Source: an uncultured Pseudomonadales bacterium | GTDB taxonomy: Bacteria; Patescibacteriota; Microgenomatia; UBA1400; PJMF01 | Length of the DNA stretch: 47,029 nt | NCBI GenBank assembly: GCA_964423285.1 | Contig: CAYREI010000003.1 | Location: forward strand, 1 to 47,029 | Direction of reading: 5' to 3' | Shown: positions 16,241 to 26,931 of the stretch, in pieces | Layout: every line of letters starts with the position of its first letter | Position numbering within the stretch: position 1 is the first letter of the stretch | Notes under the pieces: model-generated | What the model was told of the DNA's origin: nothing | The model's input: the letters and a program-made list of their open reading frames with translations, nothing else | Databases searched by the model: none | Translations under genes and position numbers: made by a program

Positions 16241-17113
16241 TTGTTTTTTTATATCCATCAAGGCTTCATCAATCGTCATTGGATTAATTCCCAATTCTAT
16301 CTCTGCTTTTTTATTATTCATGTATAAAGTTTTTTGATAGGGTCTATTAGTAGTCTTTAGGTATTCTTCTAAGCTACCTTCTTTAATTACTTTTGGATTA
16401 AAACCAAAAGTTGTGGCAATTTTTTTAGCCAGTTCAAATGGTGAGAGTGATGTCGAGTTATGAAGATGGTAGATTCCCGTTGGTTGTAGCTCAATCATTT
16501 TATCAATGGCTCTGGCTATATCATCAATATAAGTTGGGGTAATAATCATATCTGAAAATTGAGGATAAAGACTCTGATCATTTAGTCCCTGCTTAATTTT
16601 AGATACCATATCAGGCTTAGCTTCAAACTTAGCTCTAAAGGGATAGCCAATTCGAGCGATAGCATAATGATCAAGCGTTTTTTCAATTTCTTCTTCTGCC
16701 CAGGCTTTGGTTTTTCCATACCACTCAATTGGGTTGCGAGGATCTGTTTCAATATAGGGTTCACTTTTATCACCGGCAAATACAAAATCACTCGAGATGT
16801 TAATTAAATAAATATTATTTTCTTTACAAATATCTACAATGTTTTTAGTTCCCACTACATTAACTTGGTAACAAACACCATTTTTATCATTGGTTTGGTC
16901 AAAAGCACCATTAACATTAGTGTAGCCTGCTAAATGAATCATGACTTTAGCTGGATGTTCTTTGACAAAATTTTCAATCTTATTTTTGTTGGTAATATCT
17001 ACTCCAGTGGTAAGATCCATGTTGAAGAATTCATATTTATCTTTCAACATCTCTTGAATTCGAGAGCCAACTAAACCAGTTAATCCTGTAGTAAGTACAG
17101 ATATTTTATTCAT
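16229..17113 (-). CDS. rmlD: dTDP-4-dehydrorhamnose reductase-like (RmlD fold) NAD(P)-dependent reductase
   Basis: TGLTGLVGSRI Rossmann motif and YGKTKAWAE (YxxxK). Positioned after rmlB-rmlC. Its 3' end overlaps the trmD 3' end by 12 nt. Confidence 0.75.
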   Translation of the reverse strand: MNKISVLTTGLTGLVGSRIQEMLKDKYEFFNMDLTTGVDITNKNKIENFVKEHPAKVMIHLAGYTNVNGAFDQTNDKNGVCYQVNVVGTKNIVDICKENNIYLINISSDFVFAGDKSEPYIETDPRNPIEWYGKTKAWAEEEIEKTLDHYAIARIGYPFRAKFEAKPDMVSKIKQGLNDQSLYPQFSDMIITPTYIDDIARAIDKMIELQPTGIYHLHNSTSLSPFELAKKIATTFGFNPKVIKEGSLEEYLKTTNRPYQKTLYMNNKKAEIELGINPMTIDEALMDIKKQLTN

Positions 17114-17124
17114 AAATATGTCCT

Positions 17125-17730
17125 TTAAAATTTTTGTGGATATTTTTCTCTAATAGTAATAACATCAATGTCTCTTTGAGAAATAATCATTTGATCTTTA
17201 TCTATCGGCCAGTCAACTCCTAAATCTGGATCAAATAATGAGATAGCTACGTCATTGTTTTTATTACGATCTTTGTAAAGACGATCTACAACATATGAGT
17301 AAAGCATTGGTCCTTTTAAGACTAGAAATGAATTAGCAATTCCCTGAGGAACATAAATGCTTCCAAAATGAGCTTCTTCGCCTTGCCCTAATTTTATCAT
17401 TAAGACTTGACCGAAAGTTTTTGATTCAGGTCTAATATCTGCAAGAGCACATAAGGCAACTCCAGTAGTAACAGTCACTAGCTTGTTCCAACCCTCAGCA
17501 TGAAAGCCGCGAATAACACTAGTTTTAGAGGAGCTAAGATTAAGTTGTTGGATGGAGAAAGGTTGACCAATAAGCTTTTCAATTTCTGGCATTCTACCTA
17601 GCTCAGTAAAAAACCCTCGTTCGTCTTCAAAAATTTTTAGAGGCATATAGAACATTCCTGTAAAAGGAGTTTCTAAAAAAATATCATTAATAGGTTTGGC
17701 TTGAGTGGGATCGTATTGGATCATGCTCAT
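17125..17730 (-). CDS. rmlC: dTDP-4-dehydrorhamnose 3,5-epimerase (cupin)
   Basis: DERGFFTE and IRGFHAEGWNKLV motifs; ~200 aa; lies between rmlB and rmlD. Confidence 0.8.
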   Translation of the reverse strand: MSMIQYDPTQAKPINDIFLETPFTGMFYMPLKIFEDERGFFTELGRMPEIEKLIGQPFSIQQLNLSSSKTSVIRGFHAEGWNKLVTVTTGVALCALADIRPESKTFGQVLMIKLGQGEEAHFGSIYVPQGIANSFLVLKGPMLYSYVVDRLYKDRNKNNDVAISLFDPDLGVDWPIDKDQMIISQRDIDVITIREKYPQKF

Positions 17731-17732
17731 AT

Positions 17733-18767
17733 TCAGTCTTTCTCTTGATAATTAATTTTAAAAAATTCTTTGGATTTTTCCTTAAGTGGTTGCCACCACT
17801 GCTGATTGTTCTGATACCAGGAAATGGTCTTTTTAAGACCCTCTTCTAAAGTAACTGAAGGTTTCCAGCCTAATTTTTTGTTTAGTTTACTCCAATCTAC
17901 ACTGTAACGTCGATCATGTCCCAATCGATCTTTAACAAATTTTATCTTACTTTCAGGTTCATTCATTAGTTTGGCAATCATTTTAACTATTTCTAAGTTA
18001 GAAATATCTTCTGTTAAGCCTCCTACTAAATAAGTTTCCCCATTACTACCTTGATGCAAAACTGAATCGATTGCACTGCAATGGTCTTGAACATAGAGCC
18101 AGTCTCTGATATTTTTCCCGTCTCCATAAACGGGAATTTCTTTACCTTCAATTAAATTGGTAATAGTAAGTGAGAATAATTTTTCTGGAAATTGGTACTC
18201 TCCATAGTTGTTAGAGCAGTTAGTAATTACAAATGGTAGACCAAAAGTTTCACCATAGGCTCTAACCAGATGATCTGAGGCAGCCTTACTTGCTGAGTAT
18301 GGGCTACGAGGATCATAGGGAGAATCATTATTAAATTGCTTATTTGAACCAATTTCTAATGAACCAAAAACTTCATCAGTAGAAATATGATGGAAGCGTT
18401 TGACCTGATGTTTTAGCGCAGCTTCTAATAGAACTTGAGTTCCTATGATATTAGTCTCTAAAAAGATAGCTGGTTCTATAATTGATCGGTCTACATGAGA
18501 CTCAGCGGCAAAATGAATCACCGCATCTACACCGACCATAATTTTATCTACCAATTGACGGTCTAAAATATTACCTTTAACAAATTTATAATTAGGTTGG
18601 TTTTCAACTTGAAGTAAGTTTTCTAGATTGCCCGCATAAGTTAGAACATCTAAATTAATTAAATTGGTGTCGGGGTATTTTTTGAGCCAATAGTGAATAA
18701 AATTAGAGCCAATAAATCCGGCTCCCCCAGTAACAAGAACAGTTTTATATGGACTTTTAGGTGACAT
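17733..18767 (-). CDS. rmlB: dTDP-glucose 4,6-dehydratase
   Basis: VLVTGGAGFIGSNF, HISTDEVFG, YSASKAASDHLVRAY and NCSNNYG motifs. Confidence 0.9.
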   Translation of the reverse strand: MSPKSPYKTVLVTGGAGFIGSNFIHYWLKKYPDTNLINLDVLTYAGNLENLLQVENQPNYKFVKGNILDRQLVDKIMVGVDAVIHFAAESHVDRSIIEPAIFLETNIIGTQVLLEAALKHQVKRFHHISTDEVFGSLEIGSNKQFNNDSPYDPRSPYSASKAASDHLVRAYGETFGLPFVITNCSNNYGEYQFPEKLFSLTITNLIEGKEIPVYGDGKNIRDWLYVQDHCSAIDSVLHQGSNGETYLVGGLTEDISNLEIVKMIAKLMNEPESKIKFVKDRLGHDRRYSVDWSKLNKKLGWKPSVTLEEGLKKTISWYQNNQQWWQPLKEKSKEFFKINYQEKD

Positions 18768-18781
18768 TTATTCTCCTTAGT

Positions 18782-19882
18782 TTACTTAGTTAGTTGATTT
18801 TTAATATCTAGTTTAAACTCAGTTTTGTCTCTAATTAAGTAAACCCACTGATTATCATAAAGGTATAGAGGTGGATGTTCAATTGTGCCCATAGGATTAT
18901 CGGGATAAATCGGAATGACTTTATTTTCTAGCTGAACCATATTTTTTATTGGGAATAAAGTTTTACCCATGGCAATTAACTCCACCGGAGATAAATCATT
19001 AGCAAAATTATCTAAATAATAACGATAAAATTGGCCCATAAGCGAAGTGTTAAATAGAGAACTCTGGCTAAGGAGTTCTTTAGCTAAAACTTGAACGATA
19101 TCTTGTTGACGATGAGAGCGAGAGATATCACTGTTTTGATCATTATTGCCATGACGACTACGCATGTATTTAAGGGTTGTTTGCCCATCCATGTGTTGGA
19201 GACCAGCCTCAAACTTAATTGTTTCATAAAGCTTGTCAGGATTTGTTTCTATTGTTACATCAACATCTGTTCGGGGAAATTCTTCGTCAATAAAACCTTG
19301 TTTAACATCAATCTCTACGCCCCCTATTAAGTCAATAACTTCAGCCACAGTTTCCATGGAAACAATTAAAGTATGATGAATTTTTAAATCAGTCATTTCA
19401 GCAATAACTTCTTGAGGGAACTTTTGAGGATCTGCTGGATAACGGTCTAGTCCATAAGTATAAAGCGCATTAATTTTAGTTTGATAAGGCTTGCTCCATA
19501 AATCTCGAGGCAGGGGCAGAATGATAATTTTTCCTGTTTGAAGATTGATTGAAACTAGCATAATGCTATCAGTTAAAGGAGTAGAGTCACCTCTAGTTTT
19601 CAGAGTATCAACTCCGAGAATTAATAGATTTTTATATCCCTGGGTTTCAGTTGGAGTTTGCTGCCAGCCAGCGATGAGCGTTTTATAAAAATCTGATTTA
19701 GCGATATTAGCTGATTTAGAAAAGTCATTAAATTTAGAATAAGTAATAATACCCATGCTTATGATAGCCACCAGAAATATTGTCAATATAATTAAAATTA
19801 CTAAAAAGCTTTTTTTTATAAAGATTTGTTTTCGAGTCTGTGGCTGATCAGTCTCTAGTTGATGATCTTGATGAGATTCCAT
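18782..19882 (-). CDS. LytR-CpsA-Psr (LCP) family glycopolymer-to-cell-wall ligase
   Basis: N-terminal TM anchor, then LLILGVDT...TDSIMLVSIN, LPRDLW and RSRH...D..R motifs typical of LCP proteins. Confidence 0.8.
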   Translation of the reverse strand: MESHQDHQLETDQPQTRKQIFIKKSFLVILIILTIFLVAIISMGIITYSKFNDFSKSANIAKSDFYKTLIAGWQQTPTETQGYKNLLILGVDTLKTRGDSTPLTDSIMLVSINLQTGKIIILPLPRDLWSKPYQTKINALYTYGLDRYPADPQKFPQEVIAEMTDLKIHHTLIVSMETVAEVIDLIGGVEIDVKQGFIDEEFPRTDVDVTIETNPDKLYETIKFEAGLQHMDGQTTLKYMRSRHGNNDQNSDISRSHRQQDIVQVLAKELLSQSSLFNTSLMGQFYRYYLDNFANDLSPVELIAMGKTLFPIKNMVQLENKVIPIYPDNPMGTIEHPPLYLYDNQWVYLIRDKTEFKLDIKNQLTK

Positions 19883-19953
19883 GATTGAAACATTATCTCA
19901 TAAATCAACTCTCTGTGGTTTGTGATCTATTTATTGAGTACAATATAAAATTA

Positions 19954-21657
19954 ATGAGGAAATTTATAGTAGCTTTTTTACTGATTTTAATTATTGGGGC
20001 CTCATCATGGTCTTTAATGCACTCTCAATTTTTTAGAGCTCATGATTACATTCATGCCGCTAGAGTAATTGAAATGTACCGTGCTTTAGAAGATGGGCAA
20101 TTTTTAGTTAGATGGAGTGAAAACTTTGGTTACGGCTATGGCATGCCATTATTTGAGTTTTATGCACCACTACCTTATTACTTTGGAGCAGCTTTGCATT
20201 GGTTGGGGTTTGAAGTTTTATTAGCTGTAAAGTTACTATTTTTATTTTCAGCTATTTTTACTACCTGGGGTGCTTATAAATTAGGCAGAAGATTTTTTGG
20301 CCGATCTGGAGCAGTTCTAACTGCAGCAGCAATTACTTTAGCTCCTTATAGAGCAGTTAATCTTTTTATTAGAGGAGCTTTAAGTGAGGCATGGGGAATA
20401 ATGGCTATACCCTGGGTGTTATTGGGCATACTTCAGATAGTTAAGCAAGAGAAAAATGGTTGGAAAACTTTAACTATTTCATTAGTAGTATTGATGCTGA
20501 GTCATAACATTATGACTATGCTATTTGTACCTTTGAGTTTGTTATTTGCTGTTTTATTTTTGGGTTATCGTAAATGGATTGTTTATAAAAATAAAAATAG
20601 TGAGCTTAAAACTCTACTTCGTGTAAATGGCTCTTTATTGCTTGCCGTTGGTTTATCTAGTTTTTATATTTTTCCAGCTTTATTAGAAAAGGATTTAACC
20701 AGGGTTGGAAGGATTTTTTCTGGTTATTTTCATTATTCTCATCATTTTCTTTATATTCGACAGTTTTTTAAATTAAATTGGGGTTATGAAGGATCAGCTT
20801 GGGGGCCAGACGATGGTATTTCATTTTTCTTGGGCTGGGGACAGCTAATTGGTTTGGGTATAACAGGATTGCTGTTGTTAATTAGAGTATTGAAACATAA
20901 AAAATGGCGCAAAATTATCAACGATAGCAAGATTGCTTTATCAATTTTATTTGGAACTCTTTTAGGACTATCTTTATTTATGACAATTTTAAAGTCGAAG
21001 CCTCTTTGGGATGCTTTGCCAGGATTGTTTTATGCTCAATTTCCTTGGAGATTTTTAGGAGTGGGGATTATTTTTCTTGGTTTGTTAGTAGGTATGAGTG
21101 CCAATTTAATTAAACAAAGAAAATTGAGATATTTGTGGACTTTACTACTATTAGTGATATTACTATTTAATGCTAAATTTTTTAAACCTAAAGAATTTTT
21201 AGATGATGCAAATCAATTTTATTATACTGATGAGGGAATGATTCAGCGTGAAATGAGTGGTATTCTGCCTGACTATATTCCACTGCAGATGTCAGAAAAA
21301 TTAACTCCGCCAACGACTCTTGCTTGGTGTGAAAATGGATGTGAGGAAGATATAGAAGTATTAGTAAATAGGAGTCATGAAAATTTAATTAAAACTAATT
21401 TTAATACCAATAAAACAGTTGAATTTGCAGTGGCAGATTTCATTGGTTGGGAAGTGGAGATTGATGGCCAGCCCGCTGAAAAGAAGATGGGCTCAGTAGG
21501 AAATATTGCAACAGATGTAACTATGGGGGAGCATTTAGTGGGAACTAGATTTGCTTCAAGCAAAGTTAGACTTTGGAGTGATTTAATTAGTATATTTAGC
21601 TTGGCTGTTTATATTTATCTATCGCTTGAGCTAAAAGATACAAAAAAGGTTGTTTGA
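19954..21657 (+). CDS. Polytopic membrane protein, probable GT-C-like glycosyltransferase (PTPS-related/YfhO-like architecture)
   Basis: Start taken at ATG 19954 (MRKFIVAFLLIL...). The track start at 19885 is a TTG abutting the divergent LCP gene. FFRAHDYIHAARV..DGQFLVRW lies in the first loop, followed by >10 TM helices and a soluble C-terminal domain. Confidence 0.6.
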   Translation: MRKFIVAFLLILIIGASSWSLMHSQFFRAHDYIHAARVIEMYRALEDGQFLVRWSENFGYGYGMPLFEFYAPLPYYFGAALHWLGFEVLLAVKLLFLFSAIFTTWGAYKLGRRFFGRSGAVLTAAAITLAPYRAVNLFIRGALSEAWGIMAIPWVLLGILQIVKQEKNGWKTLTISLVVLMLSHNIMTMLFVPLSLLFAVLFLGYRKWIVYKNKNSELKTLLRVNGSLLLAVGLSSFYIFPALLEKDLTRVGRIFSGYFHYSHHFLYIRQFFKLNWGYEGSAWGPDDGISFFLGWGQLIGLGITGLLLLIRVLKHKKWRKIINDSKIALSILFGTLLGLSLFMTILKSKPLWDALPGLFYAQFPWRFLGVGIIFLGLLVGMSANLIKQRKLRYLWTLLLLVILLFNAKFFKPKEFLDDANQFYYTDEGMIQREMSGILPDYIPLQMSEKLTPPTTLAWCENGCEEDIEVLVNRSHENLIKTNFNTNKTVEFAVADFIGWEVEIDGQPAEKKMGSVGNIATDVTMGEHLVGTRFASSKVRLWSDLISIFSLAVYIYLSLELKDTKKVV

Positions 21658-21658
21658 T

Positions 21659-23152
21659 ATGGTTCAATTAACTTCTCAAGACACCACTTTAGATTTAGAA
21701 GAAGTTCTAGATCAGGGAGAGTTGCAAAAAATTAAGCGAAAAACTGTAGTTGGCGCAGCTTCTTATGTGGGCAGAACAGCTGTTTTACAAGCAATTGGTT
21801 TAGTAGCCTCATTATTTTTAAGTGCGTTTTTTTCTCCAGAAGATTTTGGCATCTATGGTTTTGTGGTCCAGATTGTTGGATTATTAGTCTTTTTTTCTGA
21901 CATCGGTTTGGCGGCAGCCTTAGTTCAGAAAAAACAGCAGCCTACTCTAAAAGAATATAGAACCGCTTTTACAGTGCAACAGTTGTTATCTTGGTTGATA
22001 GTAATTGTGGTAGGCATCATCATCTCTACTGGCTTAGTTCAGAGAAAAACAGGTCAGGTTGGTGTTTCAGTTTTGTTAAGTCTGGCTTTTTCTTTTCCTT
22101 TGGCAACTTTGAAAACTATTCCTTCAATTAAATTAGAACGAAAACTAGAATTTTCTAAATTAGTTCTGCCACAAATTTTTGAACAAATTACTTTTTATAC
22201 CATTTTGGTATTTTTAGCCTGGAAAGGCAAAGGTGCCTTGGCCTATGCTTATGCAATCATGGCTAGATCAGTAATTGGAGTCATAGCGATGAGTCTGATT
22301 CAGCCTTGGAAAATTGGTTTAGCTTTGAATAAAAAAGCTCTACAAATTTTAATTGGCTATGGAGCAAAATTCCAACTAGTTGATTTTTTAGCTAGAATTA
22401 AAGATCAATTATTCTTTTTAGCTCTAGGCATATTTTTGCCACTGCGAGAATTCGGGTTTATTCAATGGGCAAAAACTTGGTCTCAATATCCTTATAATCT
22501 AACTGTACAAAATGTATTGGCAGTAACTTTTCCCACCTTTTCTAGATTACAAAATAATAAACAGGCACTTAAAAAGGCGATTGAAAAATCTATCTTTTTT
22601 ATTACTTTAGCTATTTTTCCCATCTTAGTTGGGATGAGTATTTTTATTAAACCTTTAACTATAGTAGTTCCTAGTTATGCCAAGTGGCAACCGGCTATAT
22701 ACAGCTTCGTATTGTTTACAATTAGTATTGGCTGGGCGGCTCTTTCTTCGCCACTAATTAACGCACTCAATGCAATCGGAAAAATCAATCAAACTCTTAA
22801 ATTAATGATTCTATGGACAGTTTTAACTTGGGCATTAACTCCTTTATCAGTTTTAATATTTGGTTTTAATGGTGTGGCCCTAGCTGCTTTTGCCATTGCC
22901 TTTACCTCATTTTTACCAATTCTATATGTGAAAAAATATGTACAGATAAATGTGATTACTAATATTTGGCCACAGTTCGTAGCAGCCCTAATCATGGGGA
23001 TCGTTGGTTGGCTGAGCTTATCAATTTGGAGTCAAAGTTTAAAATGGATGCTAGTAGGGATGATTTCAGTGAGTACACTATACGTATTGATCTTGTTAAT
23101 GTTAGGATGGAAGAAAATATGGGTTGAAGTATCAAGCCTAAAATCAAAATAA
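21659..23152 (+). CDS. Wzx-like polysaccharide flippase (MOP/PST family)
   Basis: About 12-14 TM helices; N-terminal region typical of polysaccharide biosynthesis proteins. ATG at 21659 lies 1 nt after the upstream TGA. Confidence 0.7.
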   Translation: MVQLTSQDTTLDLEEVLDQGELQKIKRKTVVGAASYVGRTAVLQAIGLVASLFLSAFFSPEDFGIYGFVVQIVGLLVFFSDIGLAAALVQKKQQPTLKEYRTAFTVQQLLSWLIVIVVGIIISTGLVQRKTGQVGVSVLLSLAFSFPLATLKTIPSIKLERKLEFSKLVLPQIFEQITFYTILVFLAWKGKGALAYAYAIMARSVIGVIAMSLIQPWKIGLALNKKALQILIGYGAKFQLVDFLARIKDQLFFLALGIFLPLREFGFIQWAKTWSQYPYNLTVQNVLAVTFPTFSRLQNNKQALKKAIEKSIFFITLAIFPILVGMSIFIKPLTIVVPSYAKWQPAIYSFVLFTISIGWAALSSPLINALNAIGKINQTLKLMILWTVLTWALTPLSVLIFGFNGVALAAFAIAFTSFLPILYVKKYVQINVITNIWPQFVAALIMGIVGWLSLSIWSQSLKWMLVGMISVSTLYVLILLMLGWKKIWVEVSSLKSK

Positions 23153-23153
23153 C

Positions 23154-24062
23154 ATGACTCTATCTGTCATTATTACCACCAAAGATCATGAATCAATCAT
23201 TGAACGAGCACTTAAGTCGGTTAAGTTTGCAGACGAAATTGTGATAGTAGATTTACAAAGTACTGATAATACAGTTAAAATTTGTCGAAAATATACAGAT
23301 AAAATTTATCAGCACAAAAATTTAGGGTATGTGGAGCCAATTAGAAATTTTTCAATTAGCAAGGCTACGGGGGATTGGATTTTAATCATTGATGCAGACG
23401 AAGAAATTTCGCCTAGTTTAAAAAAAACTATTTCAAGTATTATCAAAGCAGAGAGTCAGGTGGAATTACCAGATTGCTTTTATTTACCTCGAAAAAACAT
23501 TATTTTTGGAACATGGATTCAAAGAACTGGTTGGTGGCCAGATTACCAATTAAGACTTTTTAGAAAAGATCATGTAGAGTGGTCTGATCAAATTCATAGT
23601 GTTCCAATTACAAGAGGTGAGGTTAGAGAATTTCCCGCTAAAGAACAGTTTGCTTTACTCCATCATAATTACCAGTCTATCTCTGAATTCATTGAGCGCT
23701 CCAATCGCTACAGTTCAATCCAAGCTGGAGAAAAGAAAGCTGAAAAACAATTGGACTCAGCAGAGGTAATCGAAGAATTTGCTAGTTCTTTTTTACACAG
23801 ACTCTTTTCTCAAGAGGGAATAGAGGATGGTCTCCATGGAGTAAGCCTATCTATTTTACAATCAACAGCCGATGCGGTTGTAAAAATGAAACTATGGGAA
23901 AAACAAGGTTTTCCTCAAGGAAATCAAGTTTTGAATCAGACTCTTGATTCTTTATGTAAGTTTAAAAAAGAGCTTTCCTATTGGATAGCTAACTCTAAGG
24001 TAAAACATTCTAGTGGGTTTAAGAAATTAGTGTGGCGATTACGACGAAAACTAATGTTCTAA
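23154..24062 (+). CDS. GT2 family glycosyltransferase (WaaE/KdtX-like subgroup)
   Basis: LSVIITTKDHE, VDLQSTDNT and IIDADEE (DxD). Paralogous in layout to 25004-25837. Confidence 0.75.
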   Translation: MTLSVIITTKDHESIIERALKSVKFADEIVIVDLQSTDNTVKICRKYTDKIYQHKNLGYVEPIRNFSISKATGDWILIIDADEEISPSLKKTISSIIKAESQVELPDCFYLPRKNIIFGTWIQRTGWWPDYQLRLFRKDHVEWSDQIHSVPITRGEVREFPAKEQFALLHHNYQSISEFIERSNRYSSIQAGEKKAEKQLDSAEVIEEFASSFLHRLFSQEGIEDGLHGVSLSILQSTADAVVKMKLWEKQGFPQGNQVLNQTLDSLCKFKKELSYWIANSKVKHSSGFKKLVWRLRRKLMF

Positions 24063-24096
24063 TGACATCACCCCTCAATAGGATATAATAATTTGC

Positions 24097-25017
24097 ATGG
24101 ATCATATCTCAATTATCTTGGTTAATTATAATTCTGGAGAATTAACTAAGATGTGTTTACGCTCCTTACAGCATATAAAAGCTAAAAATTTTGATTATTC
24201 AATAATTATTGTTGATAATGCTTCTCAAAAGCCACTTAAGCTTCCAAAATCGTTGCAGGCAAATTACATTAATATCATCCGAAGCGAGTCTAATTTAGGT
24301 TTTTCTGGTGGCAACAATCTAGGGGTGACTTACGCAGCCGAGCATTATGATCCAGATTATATTTGTTTATTAAATAATGACACCACCGTAGATCCTAACT
24401 TTTTGACCCATCTTCATAATAGTTTAAGACATGAAAACTCCGGAGGAATGGTATCACCAAAAATTTATTTTGCTAAGGGTTTTGAATATCATCAGAAGGC
24501 TTATCCTAAGTCTGAATTGGGAAATATTATTTGGTATGGTGGCGGTGCTATTGATTGGCCTAACCTAATTGCTTTTCATCGGGGTGTAGACGAAGTTGAC
24601 CGCGGGCAGCTAAACAAAACAACTAAAACAGATTTTTGTACTGGTTGTTGTATTTTAATTTCTAGAGAAATACTAGAAACAGTGGGGATGTTAGATGATA
24701 AATTATTTTTATATTATGAAGATGTGGATTTAAGTGTTAGAACTAAGAAAAAAGGTTTCAAGCTTTTGTATTGTCCCGATTCATTTATTTGGCATCATAA
24801 TGCCGGTTCCAGTGGCGGTTCTGGTTCATCACTGCACACCTACTATCAAACTAGAAATAGAATTTTCATTGGATTAAGACATGGTTTTTGGAGAGTTAAA
24901 TTAACTAGTTTTTCTTATGCCATTAGAACATTAATAGGTGGAAATTCAGTTGAGCAAAAAGCAGCCGCCCATGCTTTAACTGGTAAAATGGGTAAGCAAC
25001 CTTATGATAAAATCTAA
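24097..25017 (+). CDS. GT2 family glycosyltransferase (rhamnosyltransferase/WbbL-like subgroup)
   Basis: ISIILVNYNS, VDNASQ, GFSGGNNLG, LNNDTTV and YYEDVDLSVR. Confidence 0.8.
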   Translation: MDHISIILVNYNSGELTKMCLRSLQHIKAKNFDYSIIIVDNASQKPLKLPKSLQANYINIIRSESNLGFSGGNNLGVTYAAEHYDPDYICLLNNDTTVDPNFLTHLHNSLRHENSGGMVSPKIYFAKGFEYHQKAYPKSELGNIIWYGGGAIDWPNLIAFHRGVDEVDRGQLNKTTKTDFCTGCCILISREILETVGMLDDKLFLYYEDVDLSVRTKKKGFKLLYCPDSFIWHHNAGSSGGSGSSLHTYYQTRNRIFIGLRHGFWRVKLTSFSYAIRTLIGGNSVEQKAAAHALTGKMGKQPYDKI

Positions 25018-25837
25018 AACCATTCAACACCCAAGTATTACCGCAATCATCATTGCTAAAAATGAAGCAGAGATGATCATTAATTGTATTAATACTCTTA
25101 GTTGGTGTGATGAGATTCTAGTAGTTGATTCAGCTTCAAGTGATGATACTGCTAAATTAGCTGAAAGTGTTGGGGCGAGAGTAATTGGTTTTTCTAATCG
25201 TAGTATGGCTAAAACTAGAAACGAAGCCTTAAAAAAAATCAAAACAGACTGGGCAATTTATATTGATGCTGATGAGCGAGTGACGCCAACTTTAGCTAAA
25301 GAAATTATGGTTCAGTTAGAAACCTCAACTGCTGTTGCTTTAAGTATGTCTCGTCAAAATATTCATTATGGCAAAATTATGCAGCATGGAGGTTGGAATC
25401 AAGATTTTGTGACTAGAGTTTTTAATAAGAATCAATTTCAGGAATGGTATGGCGACATCCATGAAAGTCCAAAATTTAATGGTCCAGAAATTAGACTAAA
25501 TTCACCATTAATTCATCTCACTCATCGCAATACTTTAGATGGATTGAAAAAGACCATTTCTTGGACACCGATTGAGGCTGATTTGTTGGCTAAGGCCAAT
25601 ACTAAGCCTGTTAAGATTATGACTATACTGCGAAAAGGAGCTGTGGAGTTTTTGCGTAGAGGATTTTTTAAACAAGGCCAGAAGGATGGCATTGAAGGCT
25701 GGATTGAATCTATAGTTCAAGGTATTAATCGAATGTTAGTTTATATTCAGCTTTGGGAGCGACAACAGCAACCTTCTTTAAAAAATACTTATCAGCAAAT
25801 AGAACAGCAAATTTCAAAAATGTGGCAGGATGAATAA
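25004..25837 (+). CDS. GT2 family glycosyltransferase
   Basis: ITAIIIAKNE, VVDSASSDDT and YIDADER. Overlaps the upstream gene by 14 nt. Confidence 0.75.
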   Translation: MIKSKTIQHPSITAIIIAKNEAEMIINCINTLSWCDEILVVDSASSDDTAKLAESVGARVIGFSNRSMAKTRNEALKKIKTDWAIYIDADERVTPTLAKEIMVQLETSTAVALSMSRQNIHYGKIMQHGGWNQDFVTRVFNKNQFQEWYGDIHESPKFNGPEIRLNSPLIHLTHRNTLDGLKKTISWTPIEADLLAKANTKPVKIMTILRKGAVEFLRRGFFKQGQKDGIEGWIESIVQGINRMLVYIQLWERQQQPSLKNTYQQIEQQISKMWQDE

Positions 25838-26931
25838 TGAAAATTTGTCTTTATTCGCCATATATTCCTAAACACGCTGGCGGTGGTGAAAAATATATGT
25901 TGGATGTGGCTACTACTTTAGCTAAGAAGCATGCAGTTTCCATTGCGGTACCACAGCAATATGCAGGTGATGCCTCAATAGTTAAAAAGTATGAAGTTTT
26001 TCTAAATCGTTCTTTAGATAATATTTCTTTTATTCCTTCACCCTTGGGTTCAACAGCTAATTTTATTCAGAAGCTTTTTTGGACTCGTCAATTTGATGTA
26101 ATGTACTACTTAACAGATGGAAGTTTATTTATTAGTTTGGCTAAAAAAAATATTTTGCATATTCAGTTTCCTCTAAAATTAGATAAGAGCTCATGTATAG
26201 AGCAGTTTAAATTAAAAAAATGGCAAATTAAAAATACCAACTCACAGTTTACTAAGGATATAGTTGAAACTGCTTGGCCAGTGAAAATTGATTTAATACA
26301 CCACCCTCTAGTAGATATAGATGAAATCAATAGTGTTACTGCGTCGGTTAAGAAGGAAAAAATTATTTTAAGTGTTGGCAGATTTTTCCGTCAGCTACAT
26401 AGCAAGCGACAAGATATTTTAATTGATATTTTTCGTCAATTAATTACTAAATATCCTCAAAAAACAAAAGGTTGGAAATTAGTTTTTATTGGTGCAGTGG
26501 AAGATCGAAAATATTTGTCTCAAATTAAACGTAAGAAAAGAAATTTGCCAGTTGAGTTTTATCATGATTTAGATAGAAAAAAATTGTTGGAATGGTATGG
26601 TAAAGCCAGTCTCTATTGGCATGCAGCTGGATTTGATGTTGATTTAGAGAAAAATCCAGAAAAAGTAGAACATTTTGGAACCAGCACAGCCGAAGCTATG
26701 GCGGCAGGATGTGTACCGATTGTTTATGGTAAGGGCGGCCAGGTTGAAGTAATAGGAAAAGAATTGAGTGATTTGTTATGGTACAAACAACAAGAATGTT
26801 TGGAAAAAACTAGGCAAATCATAACTAACCAAGAGTTAAGAATAAAATATCAACAAAAAGCCAAGCAACAAGTCAAGATTTTTGGAAAAGATATTTTTGA
26901 GCAAAAATTATTTAAGATGATTGAATCATGA
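25837..26931 (+). CDS. GT4 (GT-B fold, group 1) glycosyltransferase
   Basis: C-terminal EHFGTSTAEAMAAGCVPIV (E-x7-E motif). TAATG start/stop overlap with the upstream gene. Confidence 0.8.
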   Translation: MKICLYSPYIPKHAGGGEKYMLDVATTLAKKHAVSIAVPQQYAGDASIVKKYEVFLNRSLDNISFIPSPLGSTANFIQKLFWTRQFDVMYYLTDGSLFISLAKKNILHIQFPLKLDKSSCIEQFKLKKWQIKNTNSQFTKDIVETAWPVKIDLIHHPLVDIDEINSVTASVKKEKIILSVGRFFRQLHSKRQDILIDIFRQLITKYPQKTKGWKLVFIGAVEDRKYLSQIKRKKRNLPVEFYHDLDRKKLLEWYGKASLYWHAAGFDVDLEKNPEKVEHFGTSTAEAMAAGCVPIVYGKGGQVEVIGKELSDLLWYKQQECLEKTRQIITNQELRIKYQQKAKQQVKIFGKDIFEQKLFKMIES

